DNA from: Candidatus Hydrogenedens sp.
Lineage (GTDB): Bacteria; Hydrogenedentota; Hydrogenedentia; Hydrogenedentales; Hydrogenedentaceae
Assembly (NCBI GenBank): GCA_049968235.1
Contig: JBMFRC010000009.1
Span: forward strand, 1 to 64,000
DNA: 64,000 bases
Direction of reading: 5' to 3'
The position numbers and the translations under genes were made by a program. Below the pieces are notes generated by a model. That model was not told the origin of the DNA. It saw nothing but the letters and a program-made list of their open reading frames with translations, and did no database searches. Numbering within the stretch: position 1 is the stretch's first letter; each line of letters begins with the position of its first letter. Shown here one piece after another: positions 26,773-36,712 of this stretch.

Positions 26773-27492
26773 ATGGGGAAGAAAAAACTTACTTTATTAG
26801 TGCTTTTAGTTTTGATTTTAGGGATTTATATAGGTGCAAATTTTTTTAATTGGGTAGATAAGATTTACAAAAAACCTATCCCGATTGGAGAGATAACGAA
26901 AGTCCCTGAGGGAGAAGGATGGATAGATTTGCTCTCCTCTGAAAATAGGAGTTATTGGAAAAATGTTACTGATGACATGCATATTTTTGAAATTCAAGAT
27001 GATGGTATCTTACACATATTGGGTAAAACGTGGTATCCACTAAGATATGTGGGGTTTTCTCAAAGAACGTTTACTGATTTTCAGTTACATCTAGAATTTA
27101 AACTTACAAAAAGAGCCAATAGTGGCGTTTTCTTGCGTTCACAGATTAATGACCCTGTGTATCGTGGATTTGAAGTTCAAGTCCTTGAAGATTATGGAAA
27201 ACCACCAAATAAAAACAGTTGCGGTGCTATTTATGATATTACCACGCCTATGTATAACATGTCTTTTCCGGTAGGACAATGGAATTCTTACGATATTACT
27301 GTTCAAGGTTCTGAAATACAGGTTGTGATGAATGGTTGGCTGATAGTTCATACTTTTTTAGATAAAATGACTACACCATTAGGGAAATTTCCAGTGGCAT
27401 ACGCATCATTACCTAGAGAAGGGTATTTATTATTACAAGACCATGGGGGAGAGGTATGGTACCGAAACATTCGTATAAAACCGATGAAGTAA
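26773..27492 (+). CDS. DUF1080 (3-keto-disaccharide hydrolase-like) domain protein, exported
   Basis: N-terminal TM/signal. Conserved SGVFLR, LQDHGGEVWYRNIRIK motifs. Confidence 0.75.
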   Translation: MGKKKLTLLVLLVLILGIYIGANFFNWVDKIYKKPIPIGEITKVPEGEGWIDLLSSENRSYWKNVTDDMHIFEIQDDGILHILGKTWYPLRYVGFSQRTFTDFQLHLEFKLTKRANSGVFLRSQINDPVYRGFEVQVLEDYGKPPNKNSCGAIYDITTPMYNMSFPVGQWNSYDITVQGSEIQVVMNGWLIVHTFLDKMTTPLGKFPVAYASLPREGYLLLQDHGGEVWYRNIRIKPMK

Positions 27493-27903
27493 ATTGGCGA
27501 GTTATTTTGGGAACATCAAAATTTAGTAATCGTGTTTCAATGTAGAAAAAAAGAACAATATTATTACGAATCCGTATTTAAGAATGGGTATTGAGTTTTT
27601 TGATTACAGATGTTGGTAATCCTCCTATAACATCACACGGGGTAAGTGGAGATATCTATTATTATATTGAGTTTGCAGTTTGAACAGATTTGTTTACTTC
27701 CAATCATGTTGCTGGGGAGAATGCTTTTTTATAATCAACATGTAGAATTTTCAGATGAATATATTAAGTTCTATAAACCTATTAATATTTCAGTTTCATT
27801 TTTGTTCTAATTACACTTTATAATCGTATAATTGCTATGCTGATATGAAAAGTATCAGTATTTTTTGTTTTCATGAAATCTCGAATGATAAAGGGATGCT
27901 TCT

Positions 27904-29547
27904 ATGTTAGAGTTTTTAAAAGAGAAAGATGTTCGTTCTCGTTTTAACTTATTGCCTGTCCGTGTTGTGTGGAAAAGTAAATCGTTACAAAATGTTGATT
28001 TGGATGGGTTATTTTCCAACCCTCAGAAACACATTTCTATTAAATTTGATGGGGAAGAACCACCGTCATTTGTTTTGGATTTTGGCAGAGAAATTTATGG
28101 AGGGATTCAATTAGGTCAGGGGATGGTCAAAGATAAAACTCCACTACCTTTGAAAGTCACTTTCGGTGAATCCGTAGTTGAGGCAATGGGAGAACCTGAC
28201 CAGGATCATGCTATCCATAATAGCACCGTTTTACTCCCCTGGTATGGATATAATGAAGTAGGTACAACAGGCTTTCGTTTTGTTCGAATAGAAATGGCAA
28301 AGCCTAAAACAGAATGGCTTTGCACGGGGGTTAAGGCGATTGTTTTAATTCAAGATATAGAGTATTTAGGTAGTTTTAATTCAAGTGATGAGTTCCTAAA
28401 CAAGATATGGAAAACAGGTGCCTACACAGTTCATTTATGCTTACAGGATTATTTATGGGATGGGATAAAAAGAGACCGTCTGGTATGGATTGGCGATATG
28501 CATGTGGAGACAGTGGTATTAAGTCATCTTTTTGGATATAATGCCACTATTGAAAAAAGTCTGGATTTTGTGCGGGATAATACACCTTTGCCTGGCTGGA
28601 TGAATGGTATTAGTTCCTATTCGCTATGGTGGGTGATTATTCAGGAATACTGGTATTTTATGTTTTCCAGGAAAGATTATTTAGAACAGCAGAGAGGTTA
28701 TTTAAAGGGACTGGTTCAACAAATGGTAAAATGTGTTGACGAAAGTGGCAAGGAGATTTTACCGGAAACGAGGTTTTTAGATTGGAGTACAGCAGATAAT
28801 AAAGATGCGATTCATTCGGGACTCCAATCTTTATTGTATTGGGCATTTACTTGTGCAGAGAATTTATTACGAGAGTTAAATGAGACGGAGTGGGTTGCTC
28901 AATGTTCAAAGATAAAAGAACAAATGAGAAAATATCATGCTCCTGAACATCTGGTAAAACAGTCGCGTGCATTAGGAGTTATTGCAGGATTAGAAAATCC
29001 TGTTCGGGTAAATGATGAATGTTTTAAAAAAGAACCTTTGTCCGGATTATCCACTTTCTACGGTTTTTATGTATTGCAGGCAAAGGCAATGGCAGGAGAT
29101 TTATCCGGCGGATTAGACCTAATCCGTAATTATTGGGGTCCAATGTTAAAGATGGGTGCGACAACTTTCTGGGAACATTTTGATATTCGCTGGTTAGAAG
29201 ATTCTGTTCCGGTAGATGAGGTTGTTCCTCAGGGGCGAAAAAGTATTCATAAAGATTTTGGAGAACATTGTTATGTGGGATTGAGACATAGCCTTTGTCA
29301 TGGATGGGCTTCGGGTCCCACAGCATGGTTAATGCAATATATTCTTGGAATTCGCCCTATGGCTCCCTCATGTAAAAAAATACAGATAGTGCCTTATTTA
29401 GGAGATACATTAAATTATGCAGAGGGAACGATGCCTACACCTTTTGGATTGGTTTCAGTTCGTCATGAGAAAGACAAAGAAGGGAAGATAAAAACGCAAT
29501 TTAAAGCACCAAAAGAAGTAGAAATAATCATAGTAGGAAGTAAATAG
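27904..29547 (+). CDS. Six-hairpin glycoside hydrolase, alpha-L-rhamnosidase (GH78)-like
   Basis: DGIKRDRLVWIGDMHVE motif typical of the GH78 catalytic domain. Confidence 0.65.
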   Translation: MLEFLKEKDVRSRFNLLPVRVVWKSKSLQNVDLDGLFSNPQKHISIKFDGEEPPSFVLDFGREIYGGIQLGQGMVKDKTPLPLKVTFGESVVEAMGEPDQDHAIHNSTVLLPWYGYNEVGTTGFRFVRIEMAKPKTEWLCTGVKAIVLIQDIEYLGSFNSSDEFLNKIWKTGAYTVHLCLQDYLWDGIKRDRLVWIGDMHVETVVLSHLFGYNATIEKSLDFVRDNTPLPGWMNGISSYSLWWVIIQEYWYFMFSRKDYLEQQRGYLKGLVQQMVKCVDESGKEILPETRFLDWSTADNKDAIHSGLQSLLYWAFTCAENLLRELNETEWVAQCSKIKEQMRKYHAPEHLVKQSRALGVIAGLENPVRVNDECFKKEPLSGLSTFYGFYVLQAKAMAGDLSGGLDLIRNYWGPMLKMGATTFWEHFDIRWLEDSVPVDEVVPQGRKSIHKDFGEHCYVGLRHSLCHGWASGPTAWLMQYILGIRPMAPSCKKIQIVPYLGDTLNYAEGTMPTPFGLVSVRHEKDKEGKIKTQFKAPKEVEIIIVGSK

Positions 29548-29569
29548 AGCAATGAGAGGATAAAAAGTT

Positions 29570-30379
29570 ATGTTGCAGGATATGGTTAATGCTACATTAC
29601 TCGCAATTGTTGAAGGGATAACCGAGTTTTTGCCAATAAGCAGTACAGGACATTTAATACTTGCGGAAAATTGGTTTCCTTTGCAAGGAGATAAGACTTT
29701 TCAAGACACTTTTCTTGTTGTCATTCAGTTCCCTGCTATATTTGCAGTATTGCTTTACTTTTATAAAACACTACTACCCCCGTTGAATAATAGGGATGAG
29801 ATGAAACAATGGTTTTTTCTCTGGGTTAAAATAGGGATTGCATTTATTCCTGCAGGAATTTTCGGTTTTTTATTGGATGATGTTATTGATTATTACCTTT
29901 TCAATACGACAACGGTGTTTATATCACTTATTATAGGAGGAATTGTTTTAATAGGGATAGAAAGATTACAAATTGGGAATAAAGGATATACTCAAGTAGC
30001 AGAATTAACAATAGTATTCTGTCTCGTAATAGGGTTATTCCAATGCATTGCAATGATACCCGGTGTGTCAAGGTCTGCTGCGACAATTATAGGTGCCATG
30101 ATAATAGGTGCTACACGAAGTGTTGCAGTTGAATTCTCTTTTTATTTAGCTATCCCTACTTTATTAGGTGCCGGTGGATTAAAATTATTAAAACATGGAT
30201 TACATTTTAATTCCAATGAATGGGCTTTATTATTTTTGGGTTCGATAGTTTCCTTTATTACGGCTTTTCTTGTTATTGCTTTTTTCTTGAAATATATAAA
30301 GACACATGATTTTAAGATTTTTGGTATTTATCGGATTTGTTTGGGAATTGTGATTTTTGCACTTTTTTATATACTATAA
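29570..30379 (+). CDS. uppP: Undecaprenyl-diphosphatase
   Basis: EGITEFLPISSTGHLIL signature plus the second conserved AMIIGATRSVAVEFSFYLAIP block. Confidence 0.9.
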   Translation: MLQDMVNATLLAIVEGITEFLPISSTGHLILAENWFPLQGDKTFQDTFLVVIQFPAIFAVLLYFYKTLLPPLNNRDEMKQWFFLWVKIGIAFIPAGIFGFLLDDVIDYYLFNTTTVFISLIIGGIVLIGIERLQIGNKGYTQVAELTIVFCLVIGLFQCIAMIPGVSRSAATIIGAMIIGATRSVAVEFSFYLAIPTLLGAGGLKLLKHGLHFNSNEWALLFLGSIVSFITAFLVIAFFLKYIKTHDFKIFGIYRICLGIVIFALFYIL

Positions 30380-30380
30380 A

Positions 30381-30415
30381 AAACACCTTTTTCTTTCTTA
30401 TCGAAAAAGGTGTTT
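30381..30415. terminator. Bidirectional intrinsic terminator between convergent uppP and the 626-aa gene
   Basis: AAACACCTTTTT-ctttcttatcg-AAAAAGGTGTTT (12-bp stem, A/T runs on both flanks). Confidence 0.6.
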
Positions 30416-30442
30416 AAATTAACTAATTCAGGGAAAGATTCG

Positions 30443-32323
30443 CTATTGAAGGGAACTATATAGTTTTTGTATTGTTGATTTTGGTTCAGAGGAGAGTTGT
30501 TTTTCGGCGAGTTTTACGACAACCTGTTCAAAGTCCGCAGGTCTTGCAGAGGTGATTTCCTGTTCAATCTGGGCTATGACGTTGGGGGGAAGTCCTTCTT
30601 GAAATCCCCAAACAGGCGTAATGGCTTGAGGTTTTAAATTCTGGAATACACCGATATTTTTACCATCAAGTGTTCTGTAATAAACACCCCATGAGCCTTT
30701 CATGAGACATTCTGCCCATTTGTTCACAGGAGTTCCTAATGAGTCCTTTACATTAATTTTTGCATAAAAATATTCCTGTATTTTTCCTATCTCAATTTCA
30801 TCCAGATAAAGTCTTGTAAATTCATTTTGTAGTTCAGGTGTTATCCAGTTGGAAGATTCAGCCCTCTGCCGTAATGATTCTGCTCGTGTTAATCGTTCAT
30901 GGACAGAATATTTTTCTGGAGTTAAGGGTAATGATTCCTTAATCTGGATGATGAGTTTATCAAGGTCAAGTAAAAAGGATTCTTTAATAGCAAGACTTCT
31001 TGCATTGGCCTCTTCAAGTTGTCCTACCTGATTGGTAAGTCGTTCTATCTCTGCTAAAAGCCCTGTTTGACGGGCTTTGATAATCTCCGTTTCATTAAGC
31101 AAATTATCGTATGCTTCTTGAGCCGAAACATATTGCTCATTTTTTGCTGCGATATCTGCTTCAACCGCCTGTAATGCGGATTGCCGTTCCGTTATTTTTG
31201 CGTTTACTCCTTCAAGTTCTTGCTGGGCAGATTTTACTTTATTTGTAATTTCATTTAGTTCACCTTGCAATCGTTGGATTTCCGCAGGGTCTAACTTTGT
31301 TCCGGGCGCACTTTCTTGCATTTGAGTATATTTTTTAATAATTTCGTCTCTTTGGTTTATTTGATTCTGTAAAGAGATGACTTCCTGTTTCGCTGGGTTC
31401 GGAATAGGTAGGTAATTGGAAAGGAATGGACCTGCGAGAATGCCAATAAGCAATGCAATAATTGCAGCAATAGGTGCCATCGGAATTTTAAATTTCCTTT
31501 TCTTTGCTGAAGGAACGGGTTCGCCTGTATCAGTAGGAGGCTGAGTAGAAGTCGTAGGAGCAATCGGTGGTGTGACAGCAACACCTGACCCTGCTGTGAA
31601 TTCCGGAATAGGTGTTTCTAAACCGGGACCTATAGGTGCTCCAAAAATATCCGTTCCTAAACCTCCACCACCGGCAGGAGCAGACACTCCTCCTCCCGGA
31701 ACACCACCAAAGCCCATGTCTGGTGAGCCAAAATCAGGTGACGGGGTTTGAGTACTTCCAAAAATAGGTGTTTCTATAATTTGTGTAGGTGCTGTGGCTA
31801 TCGTTTCAGAAGGAGGTGCAGATTTTAGGTCGAATACGCCCCCTTTGCTACCACTACCAAAAGCACTATCACCTAATGGAGTTTCCAAACCTGATTCAAG
31901 ACTGATAGGACCTGGACCTATTTCTGGAGTTTCAGGAGAGAAGTCACTATCTGCAGCAAGGTCCTGGAATGAGGATTTTTTGACTCCGGGTTGTGAAGGT
32001 GTCGGAATGGAACCTGATGCAGAACCACTTAATTTATCAAATTCTGTTAGGGATGTTTTAATATTCCCACCCGTTGGTTCAGGCACCACAATATCTATAT
32101 CACTTATGGGTGGCAGTCCACCTTCAAAATCATCACTCCCCTGTGATTTTTTGAAAGCGTCAGAATCGAAAGAAGATAGCGGTGGAAGTTGACTACTTAT
32201 GTCAGAAACTTCCCCTGTATCAAAATCGCTCAAAGGAGGAAGATTTCCTAATCCGGAATCTGCACTGGGAATTTCTTCCTTTTTCTTTTTTTCTTCGGAA
32301 GGGTTGTTTTTAAATTCAGCCAT
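30443..32323 (-). CDS. Hypothetical bitopic membrane protein: acidic Pro/Gly/Ser-rich disordered N-terminus with repeated LPP(L/I)S(D/S)FD motifs, one TM helix, long coiled coil, C-terminal globular domain
   Basis: Motifs GLGNLPPLSDFD / QLPPLSSFD / GLPPISDID. TM (MAPIAAIIALLIGILAGPFL). Heptad-rich 330-470 region. No recognisable catalytic motif. Confidence 0.6.
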   Translation of the reverse strand: MAEFKNNPSEEKKKKEEIPSADSGLGNLPPLSDFDTGEVSDISSQLPPLSSFDSDAFKKSQGSDDFEGGLPPISDIDIVVPEPTGGNIKTSLTEFDKLSGSASGSIPTPSQPGVKKSSFQDLAADSDFSPETPEIGPGPISLESGLETPLGDSAFGSGSKGGVFDLKSAPPSETIATAPTQIIETPIFGSTQTPSPDFGSPDMGFGGVPGGGVSAPAGGGGLGTDIFGAPIGPGLETPIPEFTAGSGVAVTPPIAPTTSTQPPTDTGEPVPSAKKRKFKIPMAPIAAIIALLIGILAGPFLSNYLPIPNPAKQEVISLQNQINQRDEIIKKYTQMQESAPGTKLDPAEIQRLQGELNEITNKVKSAQQELEGVNAKITERQSALQAVEADIAAKNEQYVSAQEAYDNLLNETEIIKARQTGLLAEIERLTNQVGQLEEANARSLAIKESFLLDLDKLIIQIKESLPLTPEKYSVHERLTRAESLRQRAESSNWITPELQNEFTRLYLDEIEIGKIQEYFYAKINVKDSLGTPVNKWAECLMKGSWGVYYRTLDGKNIGVFQNLKPQAITPVWGFQEGLPPNVIAQIEQEITSARPADFEQVVVKLAEKQLSSEPKSTIQKLYSSLQ

Positions 32324-32379
32324 GTTTCATCTCCATAATTATAATTCGTTTGTAATCTTCTATTTTAGTTTATTTTTAA

Positions 32380-32408
32380 ATTCTATCATTTTTTATATCT
32401 TTTGTCAA
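32380..32408 (-). promoter_or_regulatory. Near-consensus sigma70 promoter (TTGACA-N17-TAGAAT) with a second TTGACA 12 nt upstream, on the minus strand
   Basis: Plus strand: attcta (32380-32385) ... tgtcaa (32403-32408), second tgtcaa at 32415-32420. ~50-nt leader to ATG 32323. Confidence 0.55.
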
Positions 32409-32484
32409 GAAAATTGTCAACAATTAATAATATATTATTAGTCTATTTTAACAAAAATTGCAATCTATAAACGAATAATTAAAT

Positions 32485-32907
32485 TTAGGGTTTTACTACG
32501 CCAATAGTCAACAATATATTTGCATAAAGGCGTTGGTCCCCTGTAACAATTTGCAGACAGGTATCTGATGAGGATGCACAATCATAAAAGTCAAATCTTT
32601 CTAATTTAATCAATGATAAATGAGGCAGAGATTGACGAAATGCTTTGTAAATTTCAGGTTCGTCTCCGGTATTCGGTGTCATTACATACGCTTCTTCTAT
32701 TTCTACTGCAGTAAGTAAAGTATCAAGAACCTCAGTTACTTTAACGAGTCCCGGAGCTAGGTTCAAGTAGACAGTTTCTGCGGATACCCCTTCTTTTGTA
32801 CTGGCAGGGTAATTACCATCTGTGATTAAAATTTTTGAGCCATGACCAGCACCCGCAATAGCGTAAAGAATTTCAGGATGTAAAAGTCTGTGTTTAAGCA
32901 TATCCAT
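32485..32907 (-). CDS. RbsD/FucU family sugar mutarotase/pyranase
   Basis: HPEILYAIAGAGHGSKILITDGNYP ... YANILLTIGVV. Confidence 0.75.
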   Translation of the reverse strand: MDMLKHRLLHPEILYAIAGAGHGSKILITDGNYPASTKEGVSAETVYLNLAPGLVKVTEVLDTLLTAVEIEEAYVMTPNTGDEPEIYKAFRQSLPHLSLIKLERFDFYDCASSSDTCLQIVTGDQRLYANILLTIGVVKP

Positions 32908-32925
32908 TCCTTTTATTTTATGGTT

Positions 32926-34743
32926 TTAGTTTTCAATAGGCATATATGAAGATACTGACAATTTTCCACCTACAGAAATTTTTTGTATCTCTTTTAATAA
33001 TTTTTTGTCTGCAGTTTGTATTCTGGAAGAAATCATTTGATATGTTTTTATATCGCCTAAGGCAAGGGAAGACTGGGCAATATACCACAATGCTTCAATT
33101 CCATAAGGAACGAAGTTCTTCTGTTTTACCAGAAAACTTACGGGTGTTAGATGTTCGATGGATTCATTAAATTTTCCCATATAAAACAAAGTTTTGCCAG
33201 ATGAAAGCCATGTCTCGATTTCTTCTTCATTCATAAAGGAGATTTGCTTCTCTGAAATTCCAGTTTTTTTCTTAATCCTATCATAAGTTTTTATCAATTC
33301 CTGATATTCCCTTTTTGCTCCGGGATAGTTTTTCATTATTTCTTCGTAAGTTACCGCGAGGTTATATCGAACGCGCGTTGTATTGGGATTATAATGCAAT
33401 GTACTGCGGAATATAGTCTCATTATCTTTCCAGTCCTGATTGCGGAGATAGGTTAGATAAAAATAGGATAGGGTTAGAATAATGAGTAAAATATTCATCA
33501 CAGGCAACATATATTTTGTGTGAGAATTTTGAAAGGATAAAGATTTTATAAAATAGTGAATTAATTCAAAAACACACCACCAGAAACCAATCATCGGTGT
33601 ATACATCCAATGTTCTGCCTGGGGTGCGTTCAATGTGAAAAAACCGGAGATAGGAAACCATGTGATTAAAAACCATAGAATACCTGTCAATATCTGATAA
33701 AGGTTATTTTTCCATGCCCAGTAGCCAATAATACCAATAATTATTAAAAAAGAATATCCAGGTAGTGCTGTCCAATAAGGAGTGTTTTCAAGCGTTTGTT
33801 CCATATGTAAGCCAAAAGGAAAAAAAAGAATTCGAATATAAAAGGCGAAAGATTGTCCAATTTCTACAACTTTATCGCTCCATGTTTTTATAATAGAAAC
33901 CGATTTTTCAGAAAAGTTTAATATGGACATTCGAAGTAGAATATAGATTGTAGAAACTATTATAGAAAGTAAAAGGGGAAACCACTTTTTTATCTGATAC
34001 CCTGTTGCCGGCTGAGAATTCTGGATACGGGATGTTAGGGGTATTATGAACAAAATTAAAAGAGGAAAAATATTGCTGGATTCTTTGCTGAGTAGTCCCA
34101 GAGCAAAAAATAATGGACAGGCAATTAAATATAAATTTTTTCGTAATCTTTTTTCTTCCTGTAAATATTGAATGCATGAAAGAACCCCTCCTAAGAGGAA
34201 AACTGCGGACATCATATCTGCTCTACCACTGATATAAGTAACCGCTTCGGTAGGGATGGGATGAACAGCATAAACTACACTTGTCCAGAAAGAGACAAAA
34301 AAAGGTGCTTTTAATTTGCTTAATAGTAAAAATACAAGGATAACTACACACGCATGCCATAGACTATTTGTGATATGGAAAATTAAAGGAGAAATAACAG
34401 GAATTGAAGAATTTTCTTGTTCATGCTTATAGGATAACAGGTAATCTACCATAAAAGAAACAGAAACCAGAGGACGATAAAAATTGCCCTTCCCTCTTCC
34501 GAATGCATGTTGGTCTTCGAGAAAAAGCTGGAAAATTTTCTCAGGATTCTGCACATGTTTATGCATAAGTACTGACGAAGCATCATCCCAGACCCAGTCA
34601 TTATTTAGTGTATTTGCATAAGCGAGAAATGTTATACAGATTAAAAGAAAACAATAAAAAATCTTTTCATATAAGGAAAGAACTATACCTTCTTTTGTTT
34701 GTTCAAAATGGTTACAAGTCTCTTTCGACAAATCATCAGTCAT
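32926..34743 (-). CDS. Polytopic membrane protein with C-terminal TPR-like region, TMTC/PMT (GT39/ArnT-like, DUF1736-type) family; tentative
   Basis: ~11 TM helices followed by a soluble helical repeat region. Start at MTDDL (ATG 34743); alternative upstream ATG 34806 would overlap the lipoprotein gene by 34 nt. Confidence 0.5.
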   Translation of the reverse strand: MTDDLSKETCNHFEQTKEGIVLSLYEKIFYCFLLICITFLAYANTLNNDWVWDDASSVLMHKHVQNPEKIFQLFLEDQHAFGRGKGNFYRPLVSVSFMVDYLLSYKHEQENSSIPVISPLIFHITNSLWHACVVILVFLLLSKLKAPFFVSFWTSVVYAVHPIPTEAVTYISGRADMMSAVFLLGGVLSCIQYLQEEKRLRKNLYLIACPLFFALGLLSKESSNIFPLLILFIIPLTSRIQNSQPATGYQIKKWFPLLLSIIVSTIYILLRMSILNFSEKSVSIIKTWSDKVVEIGQSFAFYIRILFFPFGLHMEQTLENTPYWTALPGYSFLIIIGIIGYWAWKNNLYQILTGILWFLITWFPISGFFTLNAPQAEHWMYTPMIGFWWCVFELIHYFIKSLSFQNSHTKYMLPVMNILLIILTLSYFYLTYLRNQDWKDNETIFRSTLHYNPNTTRVRYNLAVTYEEIMKNYPGAKREYQELIKTYDRIKKKTGISEKQISFMNEEEIETWLSSGKTLFYMGKFNESIEHLTPVSFLVKQKNFVPYGIEALWYIAQSSLALGDIKTYQMISSRIQTADKKLLKEIQKISVGGKLSVSSYMPIEN

Positions 34744-34772
34744 CTTTAAAATGTGTTTTCTAATCGATTTTA

Positions 34773-35513
34773 TTAACCTTTGTTTTTGGGTCCGGGAACA
34801 ACCCATGTATCATTTGCAGGAATGTAAAGTAGCTCGACGGATTGTTGGTCGCCGATTACCCGAACTATACGAAGTTTCGCTGATTCTTTTTGTTTTGTCT
34901 GTGGATTTACAGGCTCATAAAATTCTTCACCTTCACGGACTTTAAAATTTTCTGTTTTATTTGTTTTTGTATCCGTTACAGTAAGGAATACATATAAATC
35001 ATTTTCTGCTTGAAGAAAACCTGTAACTTCGACACGAGGTCGAGAGAGCATAAGTTCTGCCCGTTCTTTTAATCGAGCATATTTCCCATCCGGTGCTGAC
35101 GCGCCAGGCCTCAAAACATCATAAATATTTATTCCAGCGATAACTAATGCCCATCTCTGTTTGTCCCTTGCCTGCCTTATTGTTTCTTCAATGTCCGGCG
35201 CAATTCGACTCATGGCTATTTTGCCATTCTCAATGGCAGAATATTTCGCTTTGATACCGCGGAAATTATTTACAATTGTATCCTGCTGGTCCTGTGGAAG
35301 ACGGCTATTATTCACAACCGCATCTATCCATGGTTGAATTGCAGAACGCATTTCAGATTGTATTTGTTCTGGACTTGGGGGGGGAGGTTCTTGTGGAGGA
35401 GGGGGGGGAGGTGGTGGTTTAGAGCAGTTTATAGTAGAAAGAGAAATAATTCCAATTGTAATAAGTATAAATGCATAAGAAAATCGTTTTAAAGACAGAT
35501 TCCTTTTCTTCAT
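34773..35513 (-). CDS. Hypothetical lipoprotein with poly-proline stretch (PPPPPPPPQEPPPPSP)
   Basis: Signal peptide with Cys (LSTINCSK). Contains two G8/C8 homopolymer tracts in the Pro-coding region. Confidence 0.55.
   Translation of the reverse strand: MKKRNLSLKRFSYAFILITIGIISLSTINCSKPPPPPPPPQEPPPPSPEQIQSEMRSAIQPWIDAVVNNSRLPQDQQDTIVNNFRGIKAKYSAIENGKIAMSRIAPDIEETIRQARDKQRWALVIAGINIYDVLRPGASAPDGKYARLKERAELMLSRPRVEVTGFLQAENDLYVFLTVTDTKTNKTENFKVREGEEFYEPVNPQTKQKESAKLRIVRVIGDQQSVELLYIPANDTWVVPGPKNKG
35377..35408. repeat. Two G8 (coding-strand C8) homopolymeric tracts within the lipoprotein poly-Pro codons
   Basis: gggggggg at 35377-35384 and 35401-35408. Unusual in a ~40% GC genome. Confidence 0.6.
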
Positions 35514-35733
35514 ATTTTGTCAATCCTCTATTGAAGTTTTTTTCTTCTATTTAATGTTATCATAGAAAAATGTTATATCACAAAATATGAATTGAATTTA
35601 GTAATGAAAGAATTGTATTGGGAATAAATAAACTTAACAAAAAATGATTTTATTATGTATAATTTTGTAAAATCATATGTATTTATAAGTCTTAATTATT
35701 TTTTAATTTAAGATAATTAAAGAAAGGGAACAA

Positions 35734-36666
35734 ATGAGGATTTTAGTTGTTGATGACGATTTCGACTTAGCAGAATTGATAAAGACAAAACTACAAAGTG
35801 AAGGACATCAGGTCGATGTCATAAACACCGGGGAAGGGGCTTTTGAACGGGCGAAAAGTTTTAAGCCTGATGTAGTGCTTCTGGATATCATGCTCCCCGG
35901 TGTGACGGGTTATCAGGTATGTCGTAAAATCCGGAGAGACCCCGAAATTTACAAAACCGCTATACTTATTTTAACAGCATTAGGGGAAGAACCTGAAGTT
36001 TTGCATGGATTGGAACAGGGGGCAGATGATTATCTGGTTAAACCATTTAAATTAGAACGATTAATGGATAAGATTTCATCCTTAGGTGTATTAATAGCCT
36101 CTGTAAATAGTCGAAATCAAATAACAAATTTTCCCGGTACAGATGCAATCAAAAGGGAAATTAACCACAAATTAGCAAGGGGAGAACAAATAGCGGTTAT
36201 ATATATAAACATGACAGGATTTAAACCTTATTGTGTTTCACGGGGTCCGGAAGGACAGAAACGAGCATTAACTTTCCTTTCAGAACTTTTGATAGAGGTT
36301 AAAAAGAGTCTGGGTATATATGAATCTTTTGTGGCACATATGGGAGGAGAACATTTTGTTATATTATTAAATGCTTCGGATGCAGAAAAGTTTTGTGAAG
36401 CCTTAATTTCATATTTTGACCAGAAGAAGAAAGACTTATATACTTCGCAAGAATATGAACATGGATATATTCTCGCAGTAGATAGAAATGGAATGGAAAT
36501 AAAATGCCCGTTGATGGCACTATCGTTAGGGGTTGTACACAACCAATTCCGTCCCTTCCGAAATGCGAAAAAAATGTTTGAAGTCCTTGCACAGGTTCGA
36601 CAAAAAGCTCAGCCTGTAAATGGGAAAAGTGTCTATTTTATAGACCGCAGACATACAGACCGGTAA
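35734..36666 (+). CDS. Response regulator: receiver domain + degenerate GGDEF (GGEHF) domain
   Basis: REC (MRILVVDDDFDLAEL...DVVLLDIMLPGVTG, phospho-acceptor Asp). C-terminal FVAHMGGEHFVILL = GG(D/E)EF site altered to GGEHF. Confidence 0.75.
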   Translation: MRILVVDDDFDLAELIKTKLQSEGHQVDVINTGEGAFERAKSFKPDVVLLDIMLPGVTGYQVCRKIRRDPEIYKTAILILTALGEEPEVLHGLEQGADDYLVKPFKLERLMDKISSLGVLIASVNSRNQITNFPGTDAIKREINHKLARGEQIAVIYINMTGFKPYCVSRGPEGQKRALTFLSELLIEVKKSLGIYESFVAHMGGEHFVILLNASDAEKFCEALISYFDQKKKDLYTSQEYEHGYILAVDRNGMEIKCPLMALSLGVVHNQFRPFRNAKKMFEVLAQVRQKAQPVNGKSVYFIDRRHTDR

Positions 36667-36712
36667 ATAATCTACATATAACTACTAAATACATCAGGAG
36701 AAAACACTTTTT

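Noticed and set aside
27838-27871. Hairpin plus T-run (CTGATAtgaaaagTATCAG tattttttgtttt) in the 410-nt intergenic region before the GH78-like gene
   Set aside because: Stem is only 6 bp and AT-rich, 350 nt from the nearest upstream gene end. Too weak to call a terminator or sRNA.
31794-32192. 132-aa plus-strand ORF antisense to the 626-aa gene (also 30849-31031 and 31357-31584)
   Set aside because: Low-complexity antisense frames of the Pro/Gly/Ser-rich region. No RBS or start context.
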